A stretch of DNA of 64,000 nt from an uncultured Clostridia bacterium. GTDB taxonomy: Bacteria; Bacillota; Clostridia; Christensenellales; UBA1242. Numbering within the stretch: position 1 is the first letter of the stretch; every line of letters starts with the position of its first letter. The stretch is taken from NCBI GenBank assembly GCA_934747775.1, contig CAKVHA010000002.1:70361-134360 (forward strand). Reading direction: 5' to 3'. The notes beneath the pieces are model-generated. The model did not search any database, was not told the origin of the DNA, and saw only the letters and a program-made list of their open reading frames with translations. Of the stretch, positions 1 to 8,503 are shown in pieces. Both the position numbers and the translations under genes were made by a program.

Positions 1-926
1 GAATTATCACGAGCTACTTCAAAAACATATTTATTGGATAGTTTTTTGGTTTTGCCGGTTATTATGTTAAGTGCATATGTATTTAATTTATATTTTTCGC
101 CAGAACTAACATAGTCATAGTTTTTGGCATAATTATCTACCATTACATGTTCTTGGAAAATAATGTTTCCGTTTATAGGATTCATCATTGAAGGAATACT
201 AGAGTCTAGCGTATAGGACCTTATTTCTTTTGATTTGCTTAGGTCGTATAAAACATATCTTAATTTATAACTTGTAGAAGTTGCACTAATTGGTTGTATT
301 CTGATACCATATTTAATATCTTTAACATTTTTTGTTTGTACAGCAAGAGAAGATACATCACTCTTCCAATCGTAACCGCCTTTCCCTACTTGAGTGCTCC
401 AGTATAATGTACGAGCATTTTCGCCTTTTTGTTTGTAGCAAACAGAATAGTCGTTTACAGACATAATTTCATAACAGTTTTTGCCGTCTTTTAGCGCCCA
501 AAAATTGGAAGCGTTATAATTTTCTACATCGCTAAATACTTTTACACCTGCTTCATCGTAAATATCGTATGTGGTAACCGCTGTTGTTTCATTTGTTTTT
601 TCTACTGCAAAATAGTCTTTCGCTCCTGCTTCGATAATTTTAATTTGATTTACTTTTGCATAAGGTACAACAACTGCACCAGTGCTTACTTTTGTTACGC
701 CAAAATGGACATCTGCACCAACAGGTTTCTTTGAAATAACGTAACCATTTTTAGAAACCTGATGATTTAAAAGTGTACCGTCTAATTGTATTTCTGTGAG
801 TGATTTTAAGTCATATTTTTGTGCGTCAACCGCACCAAGTGCTGCTTTTTCTGTTCCGCCGCAAGCAGCCAAGCCTAGTCCGCAAGTTAGAGCAACAGCC
901 AAACCTGCTATCATTTTTTTCTTCAT
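1..926 (-). CDS. lipoprotein, truncated by the left window edge
   Basis: Minus-strand ORF with ATG at 926-924 behind an AGGAGAG RBS. The N-terminus MKKKMIAGLAVALTCGLGLAACGG has a signal peptide plus lipobox (LAAC). Hand translation stays open toward position 1. It is absent from the ORF track because it has no in-window stop. Confidence 0.75.
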   Translation of the reverse strand, partial: MKKKMIAGLAVALTCGLGLAACGGTEKAALGAVDAQKYDLKSLTEIQLDGTLLNHQVSKNGYVISKKPVGADVHFGVTKVSTGAVVVPYAKVNQIKIIEAGAKDYFAVEKTNETTAVTTYDIYDEAGVKVFSDVENYNASNFWALKDGKNCYEIMSVNDYSVCYKQKGENARTLYWSTQVGKGGYDWKSDVSSLAVQTKNVKDIKYGIRIQPISATSTSYKLRYVLYDLSKSKEIRSYTLDSSIPSMMNPINGNIIFQEHVMVDNYAKNYDYVSSGEKYKLNTYALNIITGKTKKLSNKYVFEVARDN

Positions 927-1057
927 TTAAATATCTCTCCTTTTTTTGATACTTTTATTGTATCAAATATTTAATAATTAAACAAACTATGACATTAAAT
1001 TATTTGAAAAATTGCATTAACACAAAAAAATCTAAGCGGAAAAGCTTAGATTTTGTG

Positions 1058-1891
1058 TTATTTAATATAATCATCTTGTTTTTTTAGTGGATTAGGAGTC
1101 TCTTGCCCGCGGCTAACACAAGGGTCTTTATGCACTCCACTAAATGCATTAAACCTAATAGGACGACTATAGTCATCGTACATCGTAACACCTTCACAAT
1201 CTCTTGCGAAACGTTTTTTTGCTTTCACATATTCATAAATGTTTGTGTCAAGCGATGGTGTTATTATCATATCGCTGTAATGAACTTGCGGGTCGTTGGA
1301 TAAGGTTCTAACATAATTTGAAAACAAGTCCACATTAGAAGGCAAGTTGGCAAGGTAATTATATCTGCCGCCATTTTTATCTATAATAACTGGATGCGTG
1401 TGGCAAAAATAAATAACAGCATTTTTAGGGTCGGACGGACAACTTTGCTCTTGTGCGTAATCTTTTGCCCACTTGATAGCTCTTTCTGTATTATCAATAT
1501 GGAAAAAAGTTTTGTCGCCAGATGGTCTTACATCGTGTCCTTCTATTGCAAAAATGCTAGGCTGACCATAAATTGGCGACTCAATGCCCAACATATAAAA
1601 TAGCTGCTCCACATTGTCGCGGTTTTTTGTGTGATTGTAGTGCCCAGCTATAATTCTATTCCATTTTCGTGTAACATCATAGTTTAAAGTAGGTGAAGCG
1701 CTTGACGGATTAACCAAAAAGTTTTTTTCTAATATCACGCCTTTTCTTTCGTCGTCACAATAATACAAGCCGTTTGCCTCATATTTTTTTACCATTTGAG
1801 CAAGATAAATCTCTCTTGTTGAATCCATTGCTTGCAAATTTGTTTCTCTTGCTATTCTATTATATTCAATCATAAATTGTTCTAATGTCAT
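1058..1891 (-). CDS. JAMM/MPN-like (RadC-type HxHP...SxxD) metalloprotease-fold protein, function unknown
   Basis: 277-aa ORF. FAIEGHD ... FCHTHPVIIDKNGGRYNYLANLPSNVDL resembles the E / HxH / SxxD JAMM metal site, but with an expanded spacer. It has its own promoter: TTGAAA (1945-1950) - 17 nt - TGgTATAAT (1922-1927) on the minus strand. Confidence 0.55.
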   Translation of the reverse strand: MTLEQFMIEYNRIARETNLQAMDSTREIYLAQMVKKYEANGLYYCDDERKGVILEKNFLVNPSSASPTLNYDVTRKWNRIIAGHYNHTKNRDNVEQLFYMLGIESPIYGQPSIFAIEGHDVRPSGDKTFFHIDNTERAIKWAKDYAQEQSCPSDPKNAVIYFCHTHPVIIDKNGGRYNYLANLPSNVDLFSNYVRTLSNDPQVHYSDMIITPSLDTNIYEYVKAKKRFARDCEGVTMYDDYSRPIRFNAFSGVHKDPCVSRGQETPNPLKKQDDYIK

Positions 1892-2268
1892 ATCTCAATT
1901 TCCCCTCTCTATTTTAAACCCATTATACCACACGCATTATTTGTTTTCAAGCCCCTATTTTTTATATGCTTGTTAATTTCCAATACATTTGTGATATTAT
2001 CAACATTTTTAACAACACAATTTGACAAAATACGACAACAAGCACCAAGCCAATAAATCACATCAGTTTAAGTTGTTTAAATTATATATTTAAATTAAGC
2101 ATTATAATCACATAATAATGCTTACTATATGTTTTATCCCCAACTGCAAACAAAGTTTGCAATATCCTTCACAAAGAAAATATCACTACACAGTAATATC
2201 ACTTACTCGTTATAGTAAATATCATTAAAAAAAAGGCTTTCCTTTTTTCGAAAACCTTTAATTTTATT

Positions 2269-2343
2269 TGGTAGTCCCAAGGGGACTCGAACCCCTGATA
2301 CCACCGTGAAAGGGTGGTGTCTTAACCGCTTGACCATGGGACC
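2269..2343 (-). tRNA. tRNA-Glu (anticodon UUC)
   Basis: Cloverleaf read by hand on the minus strand: GGTCCCA/TGGGACT acceptor, anticodon loop CTTTCAC, GGTTCGAGTCC T-loop, encoded CCA. Confidence 0.9.
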
Positions 2344-2382
2344 ATATTTAATTTTTAATACCGTAGGCGCTATGTTGTAGTT

Positions 2383-2459
2383 TGGTAGCGGCGGTGGGAT
2401 TCGAACCTACGACCTTTCGGGTATGAACCGAATGCTATAACCAACTAAGCTACGCCGCC
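2383..2459 (-). tRNA. tRNA-Met (anticodon CAU; elongator Met or lysidine-modified Ile2 cannot be told apart by eye)
   Basis: Minus strand GGCGGCGTAGCTTAGTTGGTTATAGC..., anticodon loop TTCATAC, TTCGAAT T-loop, encoded CCA. Promoter TTGACA-17-TATTAT lies just upstream (about 2470-2505, minus strand). Confidence 0.85.
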
Positions 2460-2652
2460 ACATAAGTTTTGAACAATGTAATAATACATTAATTTGGTTT
2501 TTATGTCAAGAGTATTTTTGATATTTCTTTACTAATTTTAACAAAATGTGCAATTATTTTAATATAATGAATTACAATAATTTAAAAACAATAAAAAAAT
2601 GTATTGACAAAATTATAATTTTAGCATATACTAATTTATGTAAACTGAATAT

Positions 2653-2730
<78 letters not shown>

Positions 2731-2736
2731 TTTTAT

Positions 2737-2766
2737 AAGCAACATTAGGTAATGTTGCTTTTTTTG
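2737..2766 (+). terminator. intrinsic terminator after tRNA-fMet
   Basis: AAGCAACATT-aggt-AATGTTGCTT followed by TTTTT. Confidence 0.85.
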
Positions 2767-2826
2767 TTGTGAAATGTGCTGGTGTTAAAAATTAAAGCGG
2801 CTTTATTTATACTAAAACCAACTGAG

Positions 2827-2854
2827 TTGATATAATACACAAATTTGCTATACT
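2827..2854 (+). promoter_or_regulatory. orphan sigma-A-type promoter
   Basis: TTGATA (2827-2832), 16-nt spacer, TATACT (2849-2854). No ORF follows; only the GC-rich element does. Confidence 0.6.
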
Positions 2855-2858
2855 TACT

Positions 2859-2990
2859 GGACTACCCCACCACCGCAAAGCGGTCCCCCGCCCGCAAACA
2901 CTCACCCCAAGTAACCTGGTTTCTTCGGGGACCCCGAGCAAGGGGCGGACAAAACAAAACCAGCCTAAAGAAAAACTTTGGCTGTTTTTA
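2859..2990 (+). ncRNA. candidate ~130-nt C-rich structured sRNA (element copy A), unclassified
   Basis: Sits between the orphan promoter and a hairpin plus T-run (CAGCCtAAAG-aaaaa-CTTTGGCTG-TTTTT, 2961-2990). Strongly GC/C-rich in an AT-rich genome. Hairpins at 2872-2884 and 2905-2930. No ORF. Related copies lie at 10477-10527, 28511-28592 (-) and 28688-28745 (+). Confidence 0.55.
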
Positions 2991-2996
2991 TAAAAA

Positions 2997-4040
2997 TTAA
3001 AAATTAAATACTAATTTTGATTTTTTATTAGCTAATTCCTTATCGGTGTAATCGGAACTATTTAGCACATACTCTATTTTAGAGTAGCCATGCTCCCCTG
3101 CTTCTTGTAAATAGTTAGGTTTGAAACCTGCCACTGTTAAGCTGGAATTTAGCGTAGAATACGCAATCTCTATATTATCGTTAAAGCAAGTGAGTTTGGT
3201 TACACCTAAATTTTTAAACGCATATTTTGCAATAAAACCAACAACATCGCTAAACGAAATATCATAATACTCGCTATCGCAAATTATTTTTAGCGCGTAA
3301 CTATTATCTTGTTTTATAATGCCAACTAGCGACACAATTTTGTTTGTGGCTGTGTTACTTACAACCCACGACATAACCAAAGTGGACTCAACAAAATTGT
3401 TAAGCACCATTGTGCGGGCGGTTTTTGCGTGTTTGTAATTTGGATTAATAAAGAAAGGCAACTCGCCCACATAACCTTCGCCCCTAAACACGCCCTTTAA
3501 GCGTACTAAGTCTCTACCAACAAGCGGCTCTATAATATGATTTTTATCATAATAGTAACCATTTAGTTTTTGCTCGGCGTAATCAAAAAAGTCTAGGGCG
3601 TATGGTTTATTAACATCAACTTCACCAAACGAAAAAATCACAGGTTTTTGCGGGTCGTTAAACATAACCGACTGGTCTAGCGCTTTTAGTATTTTTGCAA
3701 GTCCCAAATTGTTTTTAACCGACATATTTATACCCACAACGGTGCGGTTGTTAAAATACACATTATGCTTTTCTAAATATTTTGCAAACTGGTCTATGGT
3801 GCTATAATAATGGTCGGCTCTAAACATATTTATTTGATAATTTTTAACTATAAACTTTTTGTAATCGTTAAAATACAAACTTGCTTCCTTCTTATCAAAA
3901 TAAAAGTATTGAGTATATGATTTTCCATTAAAATCGTACTCATCACGCGGAAAAATATCAAAAAAATTATGCGTTGTGTTGCAATAATTTTCTAGTTCTT
4001 TTTGTGGTTTTTCTAATGTTTTTTTAATAATTGGTTCCAT
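2997..4040 (-). CDS. hypothetical protein with GNAT-like C-terminal region
   Basis: ORF 2997..4058 begins with GTG, and the first ATG is at 4040 (MEPIIKK); the start is uncertain. The C-terminal part (VVGFIAKYAFKNLGVTKLTCFNDNIEIAYSTLNSSLTVAGFK) resembles the acetyl-CoA-binding core of GNAT acetyltransferases. The N-terminal ~200 aa is unrecognised. Confidence 0.5.
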   Translation of the reverse strand: MEPIIKKTLEKPQKELENYCNTTHNFFDIFPRDEYDFNGKSYTQYFYFDKKEASLYFNDYKKFIVKNYQINMFRADHYYSTIDQFAKYLEKHNVYFNNRTVVGINMSVKNNLGLAKILKALDQSVMFNDPQKPVIFSFGEVDVNKPYALDFFDYAEQKLNGYYYDKNHIIEPLVGRDLVRLKGVFRGEGYVGELPFFINPNYKHAKTARTMVLNNFVESTLVMSWVVSNTATNKIVSLVGIIKQDNSYALKIICDSEYYDISFSDVVGFIAKYAFKNLGVTKLTCFNDNIEIAYSTLNSSLTVAGFKPNYLQEAGEHGYSKIEYVLNSSDYTDKELANKKSKLVFNF

Positions 4041-4081
4041 ATAATAATATATTATCACAAAATCTTGCTTGTTGCAACACT

Positions 4082-4786
4082 CTACATAACTTTATCGGTT
4101 GTTATACTTTCTACACCATACTCCACCATTTTTGCCGCAGTATTATAACCCTTAACTCCCCACGCGGAAACACCAACGCCAAAATTGTTGAATTTTTTAA
4201 CCGTATCTTTTCTTATCAGTCGCCAAAGCAGCGATATATCTGTGCGATATTTTACGCAAAAGTTTAGGCAACGCTTAATGGGATTGGTCACCAGTAGTTG
4301 TAACCGCTGATTAGGAAGCAAAGCTCTAAGTTTTTTTAATATTTCCATATTAAACGAAATTAATATGCAATTTTTAAGATATCTATACCATTTTAGCATT
4401 TTTACAACCCTTAAAATTTGCTTATCACTAAAGTTGTATTTAAATTCTATAACGCACACTTTGTGATATTTTTTGCATATTTTCACATACTTTTTAAAAG
4501 GGCAAATTTCGCCCGTAATTCGTTTTTTTGCACTCATTAGTTTTAGCCGCAAAAGTTGGTCGAATTTTAGGTTGTGAATAAGCGCCTTATTGCCAAAAAG
4601 GCGTTTGCCGTTTTTATCGTGGAAACACACGCACTTGCCGTCGAATGTAAACTGAATGTCGGTTTCTATGCCCCAAACATCTGGAATTAGGCACGCTGCT
4701 TTAAACGCTTTTAGCGAGTTTTCTACCGCGTCATCGCAAAGCCCACGGTGCAAAACCAGTTTTGTAAGGTCGCTAATTCTTTCCAA
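4082..4786 (-). CDS. glycerophosphodiester phosphodiesterase (GDPD family)
   Basis: HRG...ENSLKAFKAA...IETDIQFTFDGKCVCFHD matches GDPD catalytic motifs. Confidence 0.8.
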   Translation of the reverse strand: MERISDLTKLVLHRGLCDDAVENSLKAFKAACLIPDVWGIETDIQFTFDGKCVCFHDKNGKRLFGNKALIHNLKFDQLLRLKLMSAKKRITGEICPFKKYVKICKKYHKVCVIEFKYNFSDKQILRVVKMLKWYRYLKNCILISFNMEILKKLRALLPNQRLQLLVTNPIKRCLNFCVKYRTDISLLWRLIRKDTVKKFNNFGVGVSAWGVKGYNTAAKMVEYGVESITTDKVM

Positions 4787-4909
4787 TAAATTCCTCCAAT
4801 AAAATTTAAGCTTATTATATTAATATATTGTATATATTTGACAAATTTAACCTTATAATTTATAATAACTATGAAAATGGGTGTACTTTCACTTAATTTA
4901 AGGACAAAA

Positions 4910-5776
4910 ATGACAAAATCTAGGCAAAAACACTTAATACTTGCAATTTTTATGTTGGTGATATCAATTTTTACCGCTGTGTTTTTTGCGGATGCAAGCA
5001 CAAAAGTTTATGCCGACGAAACAAGTACCACCTACTCCATAAAATTTATTATTAACGGCGAAGTTGTTAGTGAATTAAACAAAGCCGCTGGCGAAAAACT
5101 TACCGAAGCCGACTTTCCTATGAACAGCACAAAACTACCTGTTGCGGGCGAAAACGATGTGTTTGTTTGGCGTTGTAATTATATAAAAGACGGCGAACAA
5201 AACCAAAAAGTTATTAGATTTACAGCATTCACTGGTGATGTTACTCACGAGATATTTGAAGTAACTGGAAACGCAACATTCCAATTTTTTGCTTACAAAA
5301 ACAAAGAAAAAGCTCACACTGTAGTTTTTATTTTGCCAGACGGATCGGAAGTGGAACAAACCGTGTATAACGGCGAAGATTGCATTGAACCATCTATAAA
5401 ACTTGGACTATTTGAAAAGCTTAAATATAGCGAAAAAATTACAAATGTAAAAGAAAGTATGACAGTTAATGTAAGCATAGACAAAACTGGCAAATACATT
5501 TTTATGATTGTTTGTGGTGTTACTCTACTTGCGGGAATTGTAGTTATTGCAATTGTTGTTTTAAAAATGATTAACGCACCAGAAGTTGGTGACGACGAAG
5601 AAGAACTTGTAATTAACGATAGCGAAGTAAGCGACATTTTTACAGCTGAAAAAACCGCAGAACAAGACCTAGACAATATGATTAAAGAAAACACGTCTAC
5701 TCCTGCAAAAAAGGAAAATACAGGCAAGAAAAAAACTGCCACACTAAGCGGCAAAAAAATTAAAATTAAAAAATAA
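4910..5776 (+). CDS. membrane-anchored surface protein, hypothetical
   Basis: ORF 4871..5776. ATG 4910 has an AAGGA RBS. N-terminal signal/TM segment (HLILAIFMLVISIFTAVFFADA), a second TM near the C-terminus, and an acidic then Lys-rich tail. Confidence 0.6.
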   Translation: MTKSRQKHLILAIFMLVISIFTAVFFADASTKVYADETSTTYSIKFIINGEVVSELNKAAGEKLTEADFPMNSTKLPVAGENDVFVWRCNYIKDGEQNQKVIRFTAFTGDVTHEIFEVTGNATFQFFAYKNKEKAHTVVFILPDGSEVEQTVYNGEDCIEPSIKLGLFEKLKYSEKITNVKESMTVNVSIDKTGKYIFMIVCGVTLLAGIVVIAIVVLKMINAPEVGDDEEELVINDSEVSDIFTAEKTAEQDLDNMIKENTSTPAKKENTGKKKTATLSGKKIKIKK

Positions 5777-5887
5777 GGTTAAATTATTTATAACCTTATT
5801 TTTAGTAAAACCAAATTTAATGCGGATTAATTTAAACCGCTTTACACTAAAAAAGCCATTCATAATGAATGGCTTTTTGTTATGTTT

Positions 5888-6877
5888 TTACGCTGCTTTA
5901 GCTTGTTCTTTTGCTTGTTTTTTGGCATCCTTTTTTGCTTTTTTAAGTTCTATTTTAAACGCTTTCTTTTCTTGTTTTGTCATATTTTTAGTTTTTTCTT
6001 TAGCTTCTTTTTTAAGACGTTTTTTGCGTTCCTTTTTGCTTTCAATAGGCTCAATATCAAGCTCTTGCTCTAGTAAACTAGGATCCATCATATACTTTTT
6101 AAACATTCTAACTGACTTTACAAAATAAAATCCGTCGCAATAACGCTCTTCGGTGGTCATACCCATTTTTAGCACTTTTCCTGGTACAACTTTATCGTCT
6201 TCAACAACTGGCTCCATATGTTCTTTTCCGATACTATAAAACATACCTGTTGTTCCAAAATTGTAAAGGTGATGATGAATGTAATCACCGTGAAGTGACT
6301 TAAGATTTGTAAAATAAAAACTTGTGTGAAATGGTGAAACATCAATAAGTTTTTTTGGCATAATTCCAAAATGGTCTAATACACGCAAAGTATTAACAGC
6401 AAATCTAACAAAACAATTTGGAATAAATTGAAAAAACTTTGCAGTTTTTTCGGTGCTATTTTGATTAAGCGCATTTTTAATTGACTTATCCAAAAGCTCT
6501 TTAACCTGATAAATATTTTCTCTGCCAGTAAAGCGAATTTTCATTGTAGCGTCTGGGCTATCGTCGCCTAATCCCTTTTTAACAGTAAACGACACATATA
6601 GTCCATTTCGTTGATAAATTCTGCCAGCAACCGCAAATCTATTTAGTTTTTGGCGAATTGCATACAAACGCACTGCACCAGCTAGCAAAATATCCATATA
6701 AGAAAAAACAACACCCTCTTTTTCGCGTTTTTCTTTTATCCACGCGTCAAGCGGTTCACAACGCAACTCCACAACGTTTAAGTTCATTGCGTCGTTACGC
6801 GTTTTCATAATAACAGGAACAAGGGCGGTTTCGGGGTCAACCTTAACCTTTACTCCATCACTTCTAAATCCAAACAT
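5888..6877 (-). CDS. stand-alone 2-oxoacid dehydrogenase E2 / CAT-fold acyltransferase-like protein with Lys-rich tail
   Basis: The end of the fold, ...MTTEERYCDGFYFVKSVRMFKKYMMDPSLL, aligns by eye with the E2 catalytic motif (DHRxxDG...F...P..L). No lipoyl domain. The C-terminal KKE-rich tail generates the antisense shadow ORFs. Confidence 0.5.
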   Translation of the reverse strand: MFGFRSDGVKVKVDPETALVPVIMKTRNDAMNLNVVELRCEPLDAWIKEKREKEGVVFSYMDILLAGAVRLYAIRQKLNRFAVAGRIYQRNGLYVSFTVKKGLGDDSPDATMKIRFTGRENIYQVKELLDKSIKNALNQNSTEKTAKFFQFIPNCFVRFAVNTLRVLDHFGIMPKKLIDVSPFHTSFYFTNLKSLHGDYIHHHLYNFGTTGMFYSIGKEHMEPVVEDDKVVPGKVLKMGMTTEERYCDGFYFVKSVRMFKKYMMDPSLLEQELDIEPIESKKERKKRLKKEAKEKTKNMTKQEKKAFKIELKKAKKDAKKQAKEQAKAA

Positions 6878-6991
6878 AATTTTTCTCCAAGTATTTTAGT
6901 ATAGTTTTTTAATAATTTATTATAACTTTATTTAATAAATTTGAAAAGGGATTTTAGTCAGATTTACCAAATTTATAAAAAAATAGCAAAA

Positions 6992-7561
6992 TTAATTGCT
7001 ATTTTCGTTTTCTTTTTTCTTTGCGGCATCTTCTATAATTTCGTTAAGCATTCTATCAAACTGTTCTTGAGTGATAAGACCTTCTTCTTTTTGTTTTCTA
7101 ATAACTTGAACTTTAAGTGCAATTTCTTCGTTTTCAGACATAGGTTTGTGTGCTTCTTCAATAATTGTGTTTTCGCTAAGTCTTAGCCCACGTGCAGCAA
7201 ATATTGCTAGTAATCCTGGAATAATAGACACAACAAACAACAATTGGAAAATACCCACATACATAATTGTGCGGTAAGCGCCAATTAACACATCTTTAGT
7301 ACGTGCATATCTTAAATACACAACAGCAGCGTAAATATTAAAAATGGCGTCAACAAACAAATCTACAATCGTCATACTCATTTGCATATTTAAATCTGCA
7401 GCGTCCACAACGCCAATAAAGTTTATGTAATAATCGCGTAAAAAATCTTTTACTCCACCCACATTAAACACTGCGAAAAACGCACTTAGTAATGCTAGTC
7501 CGCCAAATATAAAACTTAAAACTGTGCTTGCAGTTAACAAGCCTTTTGATTTTTTATTCAT
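6992..7561 (-). CDS. multi-pass membrane protein with C-terminal SHOCT-like domain
   Basis: Four predicted TM segments, then ...EEGLITQEQFDRMLNEII (SHOCT-type motif). Paralogous architecture to the gene immediately upstream. Confidence 0.6.
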   Translation of the reverse strand: MNKKSKGLLTASTVLSFIFGGLALLSAFFAVFNVGGVKDFLRDYYINFIGVVDAADLNMQMSMTIVDLFVDAIFNIYAAVVYLRYARTKDVLIGAYRTIMYVGIFQLLFVVSIIPGLLAIFAARGLRLSENTIIEEAHKPMSENEEIALKVQVIRKQKEEGLITQEQFDRMLNEIIEDAAKKKENENSN

Positions 7562-8099
7562 CTTGCACCAAAATTTTGGTTAGCACATCCAAAAACTCTT
7601 GTTTTGAAAGTGTACCATTTTCCCTTAATTTTTTTACTTCGTCTATTTTTTGTTTTAATCTATTAGAATATTCATCTTCTGTTTTTATTGCATCTGGCTG
7701 ATTTTTATCACACAACAACGCAACAAGCGACAACACACCAGCGGCGATAGAGAAACCTAAAAAGATGTTAAACCCGCTAAGTGTGATAATTGTCTTACGT
7801 CTTGAAAGTGGGTTTGTGCCACTTTTAGATTGATCTAAGCACACGTATCCGCATGCCGCGTTAAGTATTATTGCCAACCCTATAAACACAAACATTAGCA
7901 CCAAGGATAATGTTAGTAAGTTGTCAGCGGAGTGCTGATTAAAATTATATAGTGGCGAATTATATATTTTTAGCCTTATTGAGCTATCTACTACATCTAA
8001 TGACACCGACACAACAACTAGCACAACACAAGCCAAAACACTTTTTATTAAATACATTATTCCAGAAATTAGCAAAAGCGTATTTCTATTGTTTTTCAT
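7554..8099 (-). CDS. multi-pass membrane protein with C-terminal SHOCT-like domain
   Basis: TM segments, then ...ENGTLSKQEFLDVLTKILV. Overlaps the next gene by 8 nt. Confidence 0.6.
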   Translation of the reverse strand: MKNNRNTLLLISGIMYLIKSVLACVVLVVVSVSLDVVDSSIRLKIYNSPLYNFNQHSADNLLTLSLVLMFVFIGLAIILNAACGYVCLDQSKSGTNPLSRRKTIITLSGFNIFLGFSIAAGVLSLVALLCDKNQPDAIKTEDEYSNRLKQKIDEVKKLRENGTLSKQEFLDVLTKILVQDE

Positions 8100-8185
8100 A
8101 ATTTATCCTTTTAAATTGATTTATACATTAAAAATTGTATCACATTAAGCCATAATTTCAAACAAATATTATATGTTTTTAATTG

Positions 8186-8503
8186 TTAATGCTTTTTAGC
8201 AAAGCTTTGCATAATTTTTAGTATTTCATCAAAATTGTCGTCCGTTGCACATTTATTACGACAAATTGCACCGCATTTTTGACATTTATGTACAACAACA
8301 TACCCTTTTTTGCCATCAACTTCTATATTTTGTGGCACTAAAAGCCCTTTACACGTATTTTGTCTATCACCCGGCATAACATCTACATGCAGCGAATGTA
8401 GGCAATATGGGCAATGATTACGCGAAGTATATTTAAGCGGCTCTACTACTTTGCCGCAATTTACACACACAAAGCCGCTATCGTTTTTGGTGAAGTTTTT
8501 CAT
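8186..8503 (-). CDS. RNHCP domain protein (Cys-rich, zinc-ribbon-like)
   Basis: Literal RNHCPYC motif plus CVNCG, CQKCG and further Cys pairs. The start overlaps the radC stop by 4 nt. Confidence 0.75.
   Translation of the reverse strand: MKNFTKNDSGFVCVNCGKVVEPLKYTSRNHCPYCLHSLHVDVMPGDRQNTCKGLLVPQNIEVDGKKGYVVVHKCQKCGAICRNKCATDDNFDEILKIMQSFAKKH

Noticed and set aside
2131-2230. Replication-origin-like DnaA boxes (TTATCCCCA at about 2134-2142; three AATATCA(C/T)T repeats at 2179-2228)
   Set aside because: There is only one near-consensus box. The other repeats do not match TTATCCACA, and there is no dnaA/dnaN context. The region is more simply the spacer between the tRNA operon terminator and the JAMM-like gene promoter.
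5314-6128. ORFs 5314..5754(-), 5820..6128(+) and 5882..6073(+), and many similar antisense or overlapping ORFs in the track (for example 16349..16786, 17043..17555, 19397..20368, 35097..36008, 38216..39037)
   Set aside because: They lie antisense to or out of frame with genes that have clear family motifs. They have low-complexity, Ser/Phe/Leu-rich translations typical of shadows of Lys/Glu-rich or AT-rich coding sequence, and they lack RBS and promoter signals.
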